Of a stretch of 62,017 bases of DNA, positions 8,731-18,999 are shown one piece after another. The stretch's first letter is position 1. Every line of letters starts with the position of its first letter. The notes beneath the pieces are model-generated. The model was not told the origin of the DNA. It did not search any database and saw only the letters and a program-made list of their open reading frames with translations. Source of the DNA: Oligoflexales bacterium. GTDB taxonomy: Bacteria > Bdellovibrionota_B > Oligoflexia > Oligoflexales > RGVZ01. Position numbers and translations under genes: made by a program. Location: contig JBIKKO010000004.1 of assembly GCA_044360315.1 (NCBI GenBank), positions 1 through 62,017 of the forward strand, read 5' to 3'.

Positions 8731-10965
8731 ATGATTCAAAGATTAAGAGCAGTATTAACGTCAGCTCTCGCTCGTCAATCTTTACGTGTGCGGTTTGCAG
8801 CCGGCGAAGCTCCTGAGTGGCTTGAGTCAAATCAGAATATCGCATCTGATGGTGGTAGCTCGATTGTGGAGTCAGATCTTCGAGCGGTCTTAGCGTTTGT
8901 GCTACCTGGTCAAGTAATTCCGACATCTGGTGAGCTTACCGGTGCGCTTAATGTTGGCGCTCAAGGAATTTTAAAAGTTCGCGTTTTGACAACTCCAGTG
9001 CTGACCATCTTATTTTACCCGCCCTTGGGGTATAGTCTTTTTAATGAGGATATGAAGCCAACCGCCCCGTTGATGGCAGGTCCAAGGCCGGACATAGACA
9101 TGGGTATCCCGAAGACGCCAGACGGTCCGCCTAACCATCCGACCGAGCAGTCAACTCCTCGAGGTGATAGTAAGATTCCGTTTACCCCAGACCCTGGACT
9201 TTTTGCTCAGCCAATAATTGCCAACCGCGGCGCGCAGAATCAAGCTGAGGCTAACCTTTCGATTTCTACCCTCCAAGGTCAAAATTCGGTAGCGCAGCAA
9301 ATGGATGGTGTGAAGGCTTCAATGATTACTAGCGAAGCCGTGGATACTGAACGTCAAATTGCTACCATGCAATCTGATGATGGTCCGCCAGTTGGCGTTA
9401 TGATGCCTCCGCCACCTCTCGTAAATCGTCAATCCCAAGTCGTCACTGCTCAACCAGTTGATAGCATTCATATGCAAACTGAGTCCAACAGCTCTTCGCA
9501 TAACAGCTCGTCTACCCCTTCTTCATCCAAAGATTCAGGGAAGCGCGAAGGTCGTCAGATCGAAGTGGTGGAGGCAAAAGTTGATCAGATGTTTCGGGTT
9601 ACTGTGGGTCCCAAGAAGAGTGTCGGGAAGCAATCTGAGACGTCATCACAAAATGTCCAGTCTTCTGATCCGCAAATTCCTGCGGTGAATGCGTTCCATC
9701 CAGTCGCGCAGCCACTAGAACATCAGAAGTTATCGTCAGTGCCCCCAGCCGGACCTCCCCCGATTGGAGAACAGTCATATCGAGCGGAATCGTCAGCAGC
9801 GATTGCTGGTGCCAAGGCGGCTGAAGAACCTACGGTTGTTTTTGCAAATTCTGAAGCCTCTGAAGGTAGTTTAAGTCACGGCAACAACCCGATTGACGGG
9901 CTGCTGCGCGAGATGGTAAAACTTAAAGCGTCAGATATGCACTTAACGATAGGGCAGCCAGTGATCTTCCGTATTCATGGAGATATCACTCGGATGAGCC
10001 AGGATCATATCACATCAGATATGATGGAAAAGTTCGTTCTTCCGACCATGCCTCCGCGTAATCGCGGGGAATTCTCGAAAATCAACGACTCTGATTACGC
10101 CTATGAATTATCTGGGATAGGTCGATTTAGGATGAATGTTTTCCGTGATCGAAACGGGGTGGGTGCCGTTTTAAGGCACATACCTTCGCAGATTCTTACC
10201 GCTGAGCAGTTGAACCTTCCTCCAGCAATCTTAAAACTTTGTACGCTTAATAAGGGACTTGTTCTGGTGACCGGGCCCACCGGTAGCGGAAAGTCCACGA
10301 CCCTTGCGGCAATGATCGATACGATCAACAAGAGCAGGAAAGAGCACATTTTAACGATCGAAGATCCAATTGAGTTTGTTCACCCTCAGCAGCAGTGTCT
10401 CGTCAATCAGCGTGAAGTTCATAAGCATACTGGCTCCTTTGCTCGGGCGCTCAAAGCAGCCTTGCGGGAGGATCCGGATATTGTTCTGATCGGTGAGATG
10501 CGCGATCTTGAGACAATTGCAATCGCTATCGAAACGGCTGAAACCGGTCACCTTGTTTTTGGAACTCTGCACACGACGACCGCTATGTCGACAGTTGATA
10601 GAATCATCGATCAGTTTCCCGCAGATCGACAAGCGCAAATCCGGACGATGTTGTCAAGTTCTCTGCGAGGTGTAATTGCGCAAACACTCCTTAAGAAGAA
10701 AGGCGGTGGTCGTGTCGCAGCTCATGAGATTTTGGTCTCAAACGATGCCGTCGCTGCTATGATACGTGAAGGCAAAATACAGCACTTAGGAAATCATATG
10801 ATGACGCAGAAGCAGGACGGTAATCAGCTGCTAAACGATGCCTTACTGAAGCTAGTTCAAGACGGCGTTGCTGATGCGCAAGAGGCGTACTTTAAAGCGG
10901 TGGATAAAAACTCATTTTTAATGATGGCAAAACAGCGCGGTATAAAGATCATTGAGGCGGCCTAA
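8731..10965 (+). CDS. pilT: Type IV pilus retraction ATPase PilT with a long N-terminal extension
   Basis: Walker A GPTGSGKST, EDPIE Asp box, Walker B LIGEMRD, TLH His box and an AIRNLIRE-like helix (AVAAMIRE). ATG at 8731 follows RBS AGAGGA. Confidence 0.9.
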   Translation: MIQRLRAVLTSALARQSLRVRFAAGEAPEWLESNQNIASDGGSSIVESDLRAVLAFVLPGQVIPTSGELTGALNVGAQGILKVRVLTTPVLTILFYPPLGYSLFNEDMKPTAPLMAGPRPDIDMGIPKTPDGPPNHPTEQSTPRGDSKIPFTPDPGLFAQPIIANRGAQNQAEANLSISTLQGQNSVAQQMDGVKASMITSEAVDTERQIATMQSDDGPPVGVMMPPPPLVNRQSQVVTAQPVDSIHMQTESNSSSHNSSSTPSSSKDSGKREGRQIEVVEAKVDQMFRVTVGPKKSVGKQSETSSQNVQSSDPQIPAVNAFHPVAQPLEHQKLSSVPPAGPPPIGEQSYRAESSAAIAGAKAAEEPTVVFANSEASEGSLSHGNNPIDGLLREMVKLKASDMHLTIGQPVIFRIHGDITRMSQDHITSDMMEKFVLPTMPPRNRGEFSKINDSDYAYELSGIGRFRMNVFRDRNGVGAVLRHIPSQILTAEQLNLPPAILKLCTLNKGLVLVTGPTGSGKSTTLAAMIDTINKSRKEHILTIEDPIEFVHPQQQCLVNQREVHKHTGSFARALKAALREDPDIVLIGEMRDLETIAIAIETAETGHLVFGTLHTTTAMSTVDRIIDQFPADRQAQIRTMLSSSLRGVIAQTLLKKKGGGRVAAHEILVSNDAVAAMIREGKIQHLGNHMMTQKQDGNQLLNDALLKLVQDGVADAQEAYFKAVDKNSFLMMAKQRGIKIIEAA

Positions 10966-10994
10966 TAAAACGCCGTTGAGGGGGCGGGCTTTTT

Positions 10995-12011
10995 ATGAAA
11001 CTTAACTTTAAAGAACTACACAGCGACTACATAAGGCGTCGTATTGATCCTGAGATTGTTCAGGTGTCGCTCCTTGCTCTTCTTGCGGAACAAAGCTTTC
11101 TCACTCAGTATTCAGAACTGATGCCAGTGACTATCGTAACGACTTCCGGTCAAGTTCTTCGCGGTGAGATGGCTGTTAAACAAGGAAAAGTTGTGTTTGT
11201 AACGACTGGTAGCACTCGTCACATCCGCAACCAGCAGGTTGTGCTCGTCGTATTCAAGCTACATGGAAAAGATCGTTGTGCCCAATGTCAGGTTAAACAT
11301 GTCTATGCGTCTAAACTTGAACTCTCAGGTGTTGACCCCAGATACTATCAGCGCTTTCGATTTAGTGCCGCAGGTATACTGACCACAGTTCCTCGAGAGA
11401 TCATGGAGGGTTTGCTTGACGGGGGACAAGTGATTCAGCGTCGATCGAGGGAAAGAGATCGTGATAGTAAGGTGGAGTATCTTTGCCGCGACTTGATTAC
11501 TGGAGACGGGGGCGCTATCTCCGACTTTGGCTTTGAACAGCCCATGGCTCCGATTCGTTTTACTGATTTATCTCTAGGAGGTTGTTCAATTTTTTTGGCA
11601 AAAGGCTACTTTGATCCAGAGATTGCTCGTCAGCTGGCCTATGTTTCGTTTTCCTTGCAGTCAGGGCGCAGGGCTGCAAGGATTGATGCTTTTATAACGA
11701 CCAAGTATCTACGAAAGCGGGGGGATGGAGCATTGTTGCATTGTGCCTTTCTAGAACCACTGACAGATCTACCTCAGCCGCTGGTCGATATGTCGCGCGA
11801 GGTTAGGTTTTATCTAGGAGGTATGATTTCAGTTAGTATCGCTGGTATGTTGATTAAGCATGGCGATTCGGCTCGTTTGCCCTTGGGTACACATCGAATT
11901 CGCTACATTAGTGATTGGGGTGACGTACGGTACTCGTTTGTGACGATTGGGCCAACGACCGGTAGCGTCATCAAGATTTTTGCTGACCGCATCATCCAAG
12001 ACTCTGCTTGA
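10995..12011 (+). CDS. PilZ-domain protein with YcgR-like N-terminal part and a small C-terminal beta domain
   Basis: RxxxR (RYYQR) and DxSxGG (DLSLGG) c-di-GMP-binding motifs. Confidence 0.6.
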   Translation: MKLNFKELHSDYIRRRIDPEIVQVSLLALLAEQSFLTQYSELMPVTIVTTSGQVLRGEMAVKQGKVVFVTTGSTRHIRNQQVVLVVFKLHGKDRCAQCQVKHVYASKLELSGVDPRYYQRFRFSAAGILTTVPREIMEGLLDGGQVIQRRSRERDRDSKVEYLCRDLITGDGGAISDFGFEQPMAPIRFTDLSLGGCSIFLAKGYFDPEIARQLAYVSFSLQSGRRAARIDAFITTKYLRKRGDGALLHCAFLEPLTDLPQPLVDMSREVRFYLGGMISVSIAGMLIKHGDSARLPLGTHRIRYISDWGDVRYSFVTIGPTTGSVIKIFADRIIQDSA

Positions 12012-12060
12012 TACACGATGTTTCTTGATCCTTAAGTGTCTTTAAATCGTTAAAACGCGT

Positions 12061-12231
12061 CTAGTTCGACGTGTTGCTAGTTGTGCTAATGTTTGCGTTG
12101 TGACTGTCGTAGCATTTTTCGACATCATCACGAGTAAAAAACTTCTGTTTACACGTTTTGCAGACGTATTTCGCGCCGTCACGCTTAAATTTTTCGCTAG
12201 GCTCTTTGTCATTCTTGGGATTCATATTCAT
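12061..12231 (-). CDS. 56-aa zinc-finger protein (absent from the ORF track)
   Basis: Manual translation MNMNPKNDKEPSEKFKRDGAKYVCKTCKQKFFTRDDVEKCYDSHNANISTTSNTSN*. It carries Y-x-C-x2-C-x3-F-x5-V-x2-C-x3-H, has GGAG upstream, and is co-oriented after the peptidase gene. Confidence 0.7.
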   Translation of the reverse strand: MNMNPKNDKEPSEKFKRDGAKYVCKTCKQKFFTRDDVEKCYDSHNANISTTSNTSN

Positions 12232-12272
12232 AGCTTGTCATACTCCAAATCACAGAAGAAGGTTCGTTTTAT

Positions 12273-13739
12273 TTAATGATAGTGGGGACTCATGAGACTA
12301 TGCCACATCGAATTAAATACCGATCCCGTGCACCCATAATGGGCTCCGGGATAGTCCCCAGACCAGTTCCAGCTTGAGTTGAACAAATCGATGTGCGTGT
12401 ACGGCCCGTGGGCAAATTCCTTGAGGAAATGAGCCGCTACATTCGAGCCACCACCCATGGAAGCGTGTGACGGCATTCGACCCATGTTGGTTAGATCGGC
12501 TGCATTGGTTTTGTTTCCATTGAGAAATGGTAAGAATTCATCCCAGAAAGAAAACGCCTCGCCAAACTGATCGCCAGAACTTGTTAGATCTTGTTTGAAC
12601 TTTGCCGATGAAAAATGTACCGGAGTAAAAAAGTTTGTGAACTGACGTAACGAGGCGGTGGTTAGAGTTGCCACGGAAATGACCTGGCTCGGCGAGAATT
12701 TTTCAAAAATGTACGACATAGCGTCAGCCAAAATAAGTCTTCCCTCGGCATCTGTGTGCTCAATAATGACCGATGTGCCCTGGCGTGACTTGATGATCGA
12801 TCCAGGCTTCATTGATCTGGAGTCGATGGCATTTTCGCATGTTGGTATGGCCAAAACGATAGGTTTATTATAGCCGCTGCGGATTAAACCCATAAATAGT
12901 TGGGCCGTCAGGGCTGCTCCACCCATGTCGTTTTTCATACAATTTACAAAAGATTCGTGAGGTTTGAGATTTATCCCCCCGGTGTCAAACGTAATACCTT
13001 TGCCGATCAAAACCAGTGGTGATTCCTGTCCCGTAAGGTTTTTACTTAGAATGTGTAAACGAGGCGGAGACTTTTTTGCTCCCTGACCAACGGCAAGCAG
13101 CAAGTTCATGGATTCGTCTTGGAGCGCGCTTTCCTCAAGGGTTAAAAAGCCACAGTCATTGCCTCGAGCAAAGCTTTGAAGTCTTTCGCCTATCTCAATA
13201 GAGGTCAACACGTCGGGGTTTTCGTTAACCCAGCGCCGATACTCTAACTGGTGCTCAAAGCGTAATCTATAGTGTGGATCACTTTGCGTAAGTTGCTCTG
13301 GGTTCGCAGCAAAAACGCGCACACTCTCCCATTTGCTGGACGTGTAGAGTGGACCTGAAAACATTGTTACGAGGTCCTCGGTTCGAACAAGGTCTTCTGT
13401 TGTGCAGTCTTGATCGAGAAACACTAGGAGTTTTTTACTAGAATACATGGATTGAAGACTTTTGGCCCAATCGTGAAACACCCAGCGGCGCTCTAGGGTG
13501 TTTTGACCGGGTTTAGAAAATATTGGTAGAACCCAGGGCCGGTCGCTTTGCCCGAAAAATCCTGAATGAGCAACAAGATAGTGATGTTTACGCTGCAGTG
13601 GCGCAAATGCCTTTGGAATAAGGGTATTCAAAAGAGAAGATTGAGAGCCAGAGGCTGTTAGAATCACACAGAGCTCATCCGCCGCTACTGTTGTCGAAAG
13701 GGACGAAGCACTGAGCCGCTCAATCGTAAATGAATTCAT
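12273..13739 (-). CDS. Leucyl aminopeptidase family M17 (PepA/PepB-like)
   Basis: KGITFDTGG, MKNDMGGAA and (H)TDAEGRL motifs. ATG at 13739 with AGGAG is preferred over TTG at 13802. Confidence 0.9.
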   Translation of the reverse strand: MNSFTIERLSASSLSTTVAADELCVILTASGSQSSLLNTLIPKAFAPLQRKHHYLVAHSGFFGQSDRPWVLPIFSKPGQNTLERRWVFHDWAKSLQSMYSSKKLLVFLDQDCTTEDLVRTEDLVTMFSGPLYTSSKWESVRVFAANPEQLTQSDPHYRLRFEHQLEYRRWVNENPDVLTSIEIGERLQSFARGNDCGFLTLEESALQDESMNLLLAVGQGAKKSPPRLHILSKNLTGQESPLVLIGKGITFDTGGINLKPHESFVNCMKNDMGGAALTAQLFMGLIRSGYNKPIVLAIPTCENAIDSRSMKPGSIIKSRQGTSVIIEHTDAEGRLILADAMSYIFEKFSPSQVISVATLTTASLRQFTNFFTPVHFSSAKFKQDLTSSGDQFGEAFSFWDEFLPFLNGNKTNAADLTNMGRMPSHASMGGGSNVAAHFLKEFAHGPYTHIDLFNSSWNWSGDYPGAHYGCTGSVFNSMWHSLMSPHYH

Positions 13740-14041
13740 AGGTTGAAATCTCCTTTTGAAAAATTCGGCGACCAGTGTCCTCTTTTTTTGAATGCTTTGC
13801 AATTACTGGGATCCGCAAAGGGGATTTTCCCGTTTGCCCCTCCCCATTTTATGGGCGGATTTGCCGATATTTGGTCGTGACACAAGGAATTTGAGGTTGT
13901 CGTGGTCAATTTAGAGGCGTTCGGTCAACATTTGTCCGTATGGTCTTGGAAGGCTGTGGGGGATGTGTTAAGACAAAGAACTTAGGTCAGTGGTTTGACT
14001 TTTAATTTTGTTATTAAATTCGGGCATTTGCGAGATATTCT

Positions 14042-14671
14042 ATGGTGCACTCGTCGGACCCCAACTCCTTGAAAGGCAAAGGCCAGGCTTGGAGTCTTGT
14101 TAAGGCTTCAACGATCGCCTACTCGGTGATGGCGGTCGTGGGCTTTGAGATTTGCTGGTGGTATCACAAGAGCGTAAAAACTCTCATGGGTCCATTGACT
14201 TATGACCACCGTTCGACGGCCGCAATCATTGTGGCAGCGATCGTATTTTTGATGCTCGTCCAGAAACTTATGGAGGATTTTTTTCCAACATATGGAGCAT
14301 TCAAGCGTCGAATGTCAGCGATTTTTTCTGGCTTGGGATGGTTTGGTGTTTTTTGGTTGGCTTTGATTTCGTCCTTTGGTGAGGAACTCTTGTTTAGGGG
14401 AGCGATTCAGCCATTTCTTGGCCTCTGGTTTACGAGTCTAGTGTTCGGGTTGTTGCACCTCGATCCAGAGGGTGGCGTGTCGGCGTGGACCGTTTGGGCA
14501 ATGCTGGCTGGAGTTGTGCTTGGAGCTGCGACAGAGGTGACTGGTTCATTATGGCCTGCGGTCGTGATTCATTTTGTCATTAATTTGGTCGGTCTTAGGT
14601 CTCTCGCAAAATCAGAACCTAAACCCATGAAGTCGACTCAAGACATAGCTGGAGGTCAGGGCAGATCATGA
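14042..14671 (+). CDS. CPBP family (CAAX-type) intramembrane glutamic endopeptidase
   Basis: EELLFRG, FGLLH and HFVIN motifs with TM helices. Confidence 0.88.
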   Translation: MVHSSDPNSLKGKGQAWSLVKASTIAYSVMAVVGFEICWWYHKSVKTLMGPLTYDHRSTAAIIVAAIVFLMLVQKLMEDFFPTYGAFKRRMSAIFSGLGWFGVFWLALISSFGEELLFRGAIQPFLGLWFTSLVFGLLHLDPEGGVSAWTVWAMLAGVVLGAATEVTGSLWPAVVIHFVINLVGLRSLAKSEPKPMKSTQDIAGGQGRS

Positions 14672-15132
14672 TCAAAGGGCATCCGGAGATCTGTTTGTTC
14701 AGGCCTGAAATCCCGCAGAATACAGGCAATATTGGTCGGTTGGTGGCAGCGACGCAAAGTCGACTGCATTTGGTTAGGCCCTTTGGATTTTCGTCTCACG
14801 ATCGGAATTTACGACGCGCGGGTCTCGACTATTGGCCATTCCTTGATCTTGAAATTCACGACGATCTCGAGGTTCTTATTGACAGATTTGATGGTCGATT
14901 TGCTTTTTTTAGTGCTCGTGCAACCACCTGTTATACGGAGTTACCAATAGAGGCCGATCTTCTAATCTTCGGACAAGAAACGAAGGGATTACCGCCTTGG
15001 GTCTTTCAGCGCTGGCCTAGCAAGGCATACCGGATCCCCATCTTTCATCAGGGGGTGCGCAGCTTGAATTTAGCCAATGCAGTCAGTATTGTGTTGTATC
15101 ATCAGTTGATGAAAAAAAGGGGGCACAAGTGA
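14668..15132 (+). CDS. trmL: tRNA (cytidine/uridine-34 2'-O)-methyltransferase TrmL
   Basis: PEIPQNTGNIGRL, LRRAGLDYW, FGQETKGLP and RSLNLANAV SPOUT motifs. Confidence 0.93.
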   Translation: MIKGHPEICLFRPEIPQNTGNIGRLVAATQSRLHLVRPFGFSSHDRNLRRAGLDYWPFLDLEIHDDLEVLIDRFDGRFAFFSARATTCYTELPIEADLLIFGQETKGLPPWVFQRWPSKAYRIPIFHQGVRSLNLANAVSIVLYHQLMKKRGHK

Positions 15133-16244
15133 GCGACATTCGAGAGCCGTCTAACGGGTTTTTGGAAAGATTTTTTACACCAGCCTTGTTTAAAGCACGT
15201 AGTTACGTGCTGGAGACCCATGACGTTAGAGTAAAGCTTGATCAAAATGAAAGCCCATGGGATTGGCCCGCAGACGTCAAGGATGCGGTGCTGGATCGTT
15301 TGAAGGGCATGCCTTGGAATCGTTATCCCTCCGCTTTTGCTGATGATTTGTCAGCCAAAATCGCAGCAAAGTTGGGCGTTTCCTCTAAACATCTGTTATT
15401 GGGTCCAGGGTCAAATTATCTGATTGCTTTGATCCTACAAACATTCAGTCGTTCCATTCAAGGCAATGTGATCTTGGCGCGCCCCTCGTTTCCTCTCTAC
15501 GAAAGCCAATGCCAATATGAAGGGATACCGTATCAAGTTTGGCCCCTTACCAGTGACCTAGAGTATGATGTGAAACTTCTTCCAGAGATGTTGCCTGGTA
15601 GTATGGTGGTTTTTGCCTCGCCAAACAATCCCGTAGGTAATGTTTTAAGGCGGGATATTCTTAAAAAGCTATTACAAGACTATCCTGACGTTTTGTTTGT
15701 TGGTGACGAAGCCTACTGTGAGTTTGCCGATGAATCTTATACAGATCTGTTGCGGGAGTTTTCCAATTTGATCCTGGTAAGGACTTTTAGCAAAACCCTC
15801 GGCGCTGCAGGAGTGCGACTTGGTTATGTATTGGGAGCCGCAAATGTTATTGAGTTGCTGCGTAAACCGCGCGTGCCATTTTTACTCAATCAGTTTACGA
15901 TCGCTGCCGCAAACGAGGTGATGGATAATCCAGCGATGACACATGTTTTCGAAGGGATTGTTGCCAATGCTATCAGTGAGCGCGACCGAGTTTACAAGTT
16001 TCTTTGTCGTGAGTCGTCGCGCCTAAAATTCACGGTTAAGCCTAGCCAAGCAAATTTCCTCTTGTTGCGATGGGCTGATAATAGTGGATCTGGAAATGCG
16101 TACCAACATCTGATAAAACATAGTATATTGGTCCGAAATGTATCAGCTGCACCAGGTTTAACTGGGTGTTTACGGGTATCGATTGGTACGGTTGAAGAGA
16201 ACGATCTGTTGAACAAAGCATTCTCATCCATGATGCCAGTTTAA
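15129..16244 (+). CDS. hisC: Histidinol-phosphate aminotransferase-like PLP enzyme (stand-alone HisC paralog)
   Basis: KLDQNESP, NRYP, SPNNPVG, DEAY, RTFSK..GAAGVRLGY and LRVSIGT motifs. Confidence 0.8.
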   Translation: MSDIREPSNGFLERFFTPALFKARSYVLETHDVRVKLDQNESPWDWPADVKDAVLDRLKGMPWNRYPSAFADDLSAKIAAKLGVSSKHLLLGPGSNYLIALILQTFSRSIQGNVILARPSFPLYESQCQYEGIPYQVWPLTSDLEYDVKLLPEMLPGSMVVFASPNNPVGNVLRRDILKKLLQDYPDVLFVGDEAYCEFADESYTDLLREFSNLILVRTFSKTLGAAGVRLGYVLGAANVIELLRKPRVPFLLNQFTIAAANEVMDNPAMTHVFEGIVANAISERDRVYKFLCRESSRLKFTVKPSQANFLLLRWADNSGSGNAYQHLIKHSILVRNVSAAPGLTGCLRVSIGTVEENDLLNKAFSSMMPV

Positions 16245-16278
16245 TCGCTATACCAATTAGCGTCTGACTGCGTCTAAG

Positions 16279-16893
16279 CTAGTTTTTTTTAGTGGCACGT
16301 TGCACTAGTATCTTTTCAATGTCGCTCCAGTTGAGGTTGCGATCGGCGAGAAGGACAGTCAGATGATATATCAAGTCTGCGCATTCGCCGAGAAACTCCT
16401 GATCGCTGTCGTTCTTGCTAGCAATAACCACCTCAACAGCCTCTTCTCCTAATTTTTTAGAAATCTTGTCTCGACCTTGAGCAAAAAGTTTTGCCGTATA
16501 AGAGGCCTGTGGGCTTGCGCTCCGGCGCTGATAAATCGTACGTTCTAGGTCTAAGATAGTTGTAAGTCCGTGGGTGCCGTTAGTTTTAAAACACGTCACA
16601 GTTCCTTCGTGGCACACGGGTCCGTTTGTAACTGCTTTAACGAGAACCGTATCTTTATCACAATCAAGCTCTAACGAATCAACGACAAGCGTATGCCCTG
16701 AGGTTTCTCCTTTTCTCCAGATTTGATTGCGTGTCCGTGAAAAGAATGTCACGAGTTTTGTGGTTTCGGTCAGGGCAAGTGATTCCTTGTTCATATAGCC
16801 CAACATCAGTACGCTGCCGCTACGCGTGTCCTGGACCACTGCCGGTATCAGTCCATTGATCTTATCCCAGTTGACCTGCTCGCTTAGGTTCAT
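16279..16893 (-). CDS. hisIE: Bifunctional phosphoribosyl-AMP cyclohydrolase / phosphoribosyl-ATP pyrophosphatase
   Basis: [27 protein letters not shown] and ECADL motifs. Confidence 0.95.
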   Translation of the reverse strand: MNLSEQVNWDKINGLIPAVVQDTRSGSVLMLGYMNKESLALTETTKLVTFFSRTRNQIWRKGETSGHTLVVDSLELDCDKDTVLVKAVTNGPVCHEGTVTCFKTNGTHGLTTILDLERTIYQRRSASPQASYTAKLFAQGRDKISKKLGEEAVEVVIASKNDSDQEFLGECADLIYHLTVLLADRNLNWSDIEKILVQRATKKN

Positions 16894-17657
16894 AGTCTTA
16901 TCTCCAATTTTTGGTCTTTCAGGTAGTATTTGAGATCTGAAATTGAAAGCTCACCGCGATGAAAAATTCCAGCCGCAAGAGCCCCGTCAACATCGGTCGT
17001 TTGGAACAAACGAGCAAAGTCATCTTTGGATCCGGCTCCGCCAGATGCAATTAAGGGAAGTTGACAGATGTCGCGCGCCATTTTTAACTGCTTAAGATCG
17101 TAACCCGCCTTTGATCCATCTACATTCATACAATTTAACACGATTTCCCCAGCTCCCCGTGACTGAACCTCCGCAATCCAATCGGCTGTACGGTGCTTGG
17201 TGACTGCGATTGTTTTTTCGGATCCGGTATACTGATAGACCCAATAATCGCCATGTTCGTGACGGGAATCTATGCCGACGACGACACATTGGCTTCCAAA
17301 GCGCTGAGCAAGATCAGATATCAAACCTGGGTTACCAATTGCGGGAGAGTTGATTGAGATCTTATCAGCCCCAGCGTTTAAAATTTCCTCAGCATCCGAG
17401 ACGCTGCGGATGCCTCCTGCAACACAAAACGGTATGTCTAAAACCGCTGCGACCTGCTCAACCCAATTTCGATCTACCGTGCGTCGTTCGGCGCTTGCTG
17501 TAATGTCGTAGAATACCAGTTCATCTGCGCCATCGTCGCGATAGCGTTGTGCTAACTGAAGGATATCTCCGAGAATGACGTGATCCTTGAATTGAACACC
17601 TTTTACGACTTTTCCGTTATGAACATCCAAGCATGCAATAATACGACGTGTCAGCAT
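16890..17657 (-). CDS. hisF: Imidazole glycerol phosphate synthase cyclase subunit
   Basis: [25 protein letters not shown] and IASGGAG motifs. Confidence 0.97.
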   Translation of the reverse strand: MLTRRIIACLDVHNGKVVKGVQFKDHVILGDILQLAQRYRDDGADELVFYDITASAERRTVDRNWVEQVAAVLDIPFCVAGGIRSVSDAEEILNAGADKISINSPAIGNPGLISDLAQRFGSQCVVVGIDSRHEHGDYWVYQYTGSEKTIAVTKHRTADWIAEVQSRGAGEIVLNCMNVDGSKAGYDLKQLKMARDICQLPLIASGGAGSKDDFARLFQTTDVDGALAAGIFHRGELSISDLKYYLKDQKLEIRL

Positions 17658-18394
17658 GGAGAAACCTCGTAGGTCAGTAGATCTGCCATGGTGAATTGAC
17701 CCTCGTATAGAGACTTTCCTATTACGCAGCTCTCAATCCCGAGGTCACAAAGATCGGCAATCTCAGTTAGCTGCGCTATTCCGCCCGAGGCTTGAAGATT
17801 AAGTTTAGGGTAGCGATCGAGTAGCCGTTTATAGAATGTCTGATTGGAACCCTGGCGTGTACCGTCGCGTTCAATGTCTGTGCAAAGAATTCTTAGGGCC
17901 CCTAGATCCCGGTATTGATCAAGTAGATCCCAAATTGCTAGGTCGCTAGACTCTCTCCAGCCCTGATAGCAAACCTTAGGCCTGTCGCTATCACAATCCT
18001 TGCAGTCTAGGGCAAGGGTTATGCGATTGGCGCCGAATTCTTTAATGATGTCCACGGTGAGGTCTTTGTCCAGAGCAGCCAGGCTACCGATGATCACGCG
18101 ATCAACTCCGTTCCGAATGAGGTTTTCAACGCTGTCGATCGATCTTATGCCTCCTCCTACCTGAAGTTTCAAATCTGTTTGGGTACAAATTTCAATGATT
18201 GTCGGAAGATTTTTCTGTGTGCCTTGACTAGCTCCATCGAGATCGATGACGTGGAGGTGAGTAGCGCCAGCCTGCCTAAAGTCCAAAGCCACTGCTAGTG
18301 GATCTGTTGAATAGGTTTTGGCCGTCTCAAACAATCCTTTTGTCAGACGGACGGCTTGGTTGTTTAAAATGTCCAAGGCAGGATATATTTTCAT
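17651..18394 (-). CDS. hisA: ProFAR isomerase HisA
   Basis: [36 protein letters not shown] and QASGG motifs. Confidence 0.96.
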   Translation of the reverse strand: MKIYPALDILNNQAVRLTKGLFETAKTYSTDPLAVALDFRQAGATHLHVIDLDGASQGTQKNLPTIIEICTQTDLKLQVGGGIRSIDSVENLIRNGVDRVIIGSLAALDKDLTVDIIKEFGANRITLALDCKDCDSDRPKVCYQGWRESSDLAIWDLLDQYRDLGALRILCTDIERDGTRQGSNQTFYKRLLDRYPKLNLQASGGIAQLTEIADLCDLGIESCVIGKSLYEGQFTMADLLTYEVSPC

Positions 18395-18999
18395 GGGATC
18401 TCCGTCATAGTTAAGAAATTTCTTAGAATGATTTCACCACTATATGAGGATTTTTCTGGGTGAAATTGGCAGCCAAAAAAATTTCTATGTTGAACGACAG
18501 CGGGTATTGGCTGTCCATATTTACTCCAAGCCTTGACCCATGGTCCCGATTCTGCTGCAAATGAATGTACGTAATACATGTAAGGATTTTTGGGTAAACC
18601 TCTACATAGTTGATAATCTTCATCAAAGTCAACGAGGCTGTTCCATCCCATGTGAGGTATCCGAATTTCTGCTGCCGTGCGCTTCAGCTTGTTAACACTG
18701 GCTGGGATAATGTCTAAGCAATCACAGTTGCCCTCTTCGGAACCTCGAAACAGTAGCTGCATTCCCAGGCAGATGCCTAAAACAGGTTGGGTGAGGCTCT
18801 TTAGCAGAAGGATCATATTGTCTTGTTTCAACGTCTCCATGGCATGGGATGCAGCACCAACTCCGGGTAGTATGACTTTATCGGCAGCTGCGATAATACG
18901 CGGGTCGGACGTAACGTTATAACGTTGTCCGAGGCGTTCTATGGCAAAGCACAGTGAGTTGATGTTCGTTCCACCAGTGTTTTTAATTACGGCAATCAT
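18391..18999 (-). CDS. hisH: Imidazole glycerol phosphate synthase glutaminase subunit
   Basis: LPGVG, GICLGMQ, PHMGWN and QFHPEKS motifs. Confidence 0.96.
   Translation of the reverse strand: MIAVIKNTGGTNINSLCFAIERLGQRYNVTSDPRIIAAADKVILPGVGAASHAMETLKQDNMILLLKSLTQPVLGICLGMQLLFRGSEEGNCDCLDIIPASVNKLKRTAAEIRIPHMGWNSLVDFDEDYQLCRGLPKNPYMYYVHSFAAESGPWVKAWSKYGQPIPAVVQHRNFFGCQFHPEKSSYSGEIILRNFLTMTEIP

Noticed and set aside
8636-8926. 96-aa minus-strand ORF
   Set aside because: Overlaps the pilT 5' region antisense and has no motif.
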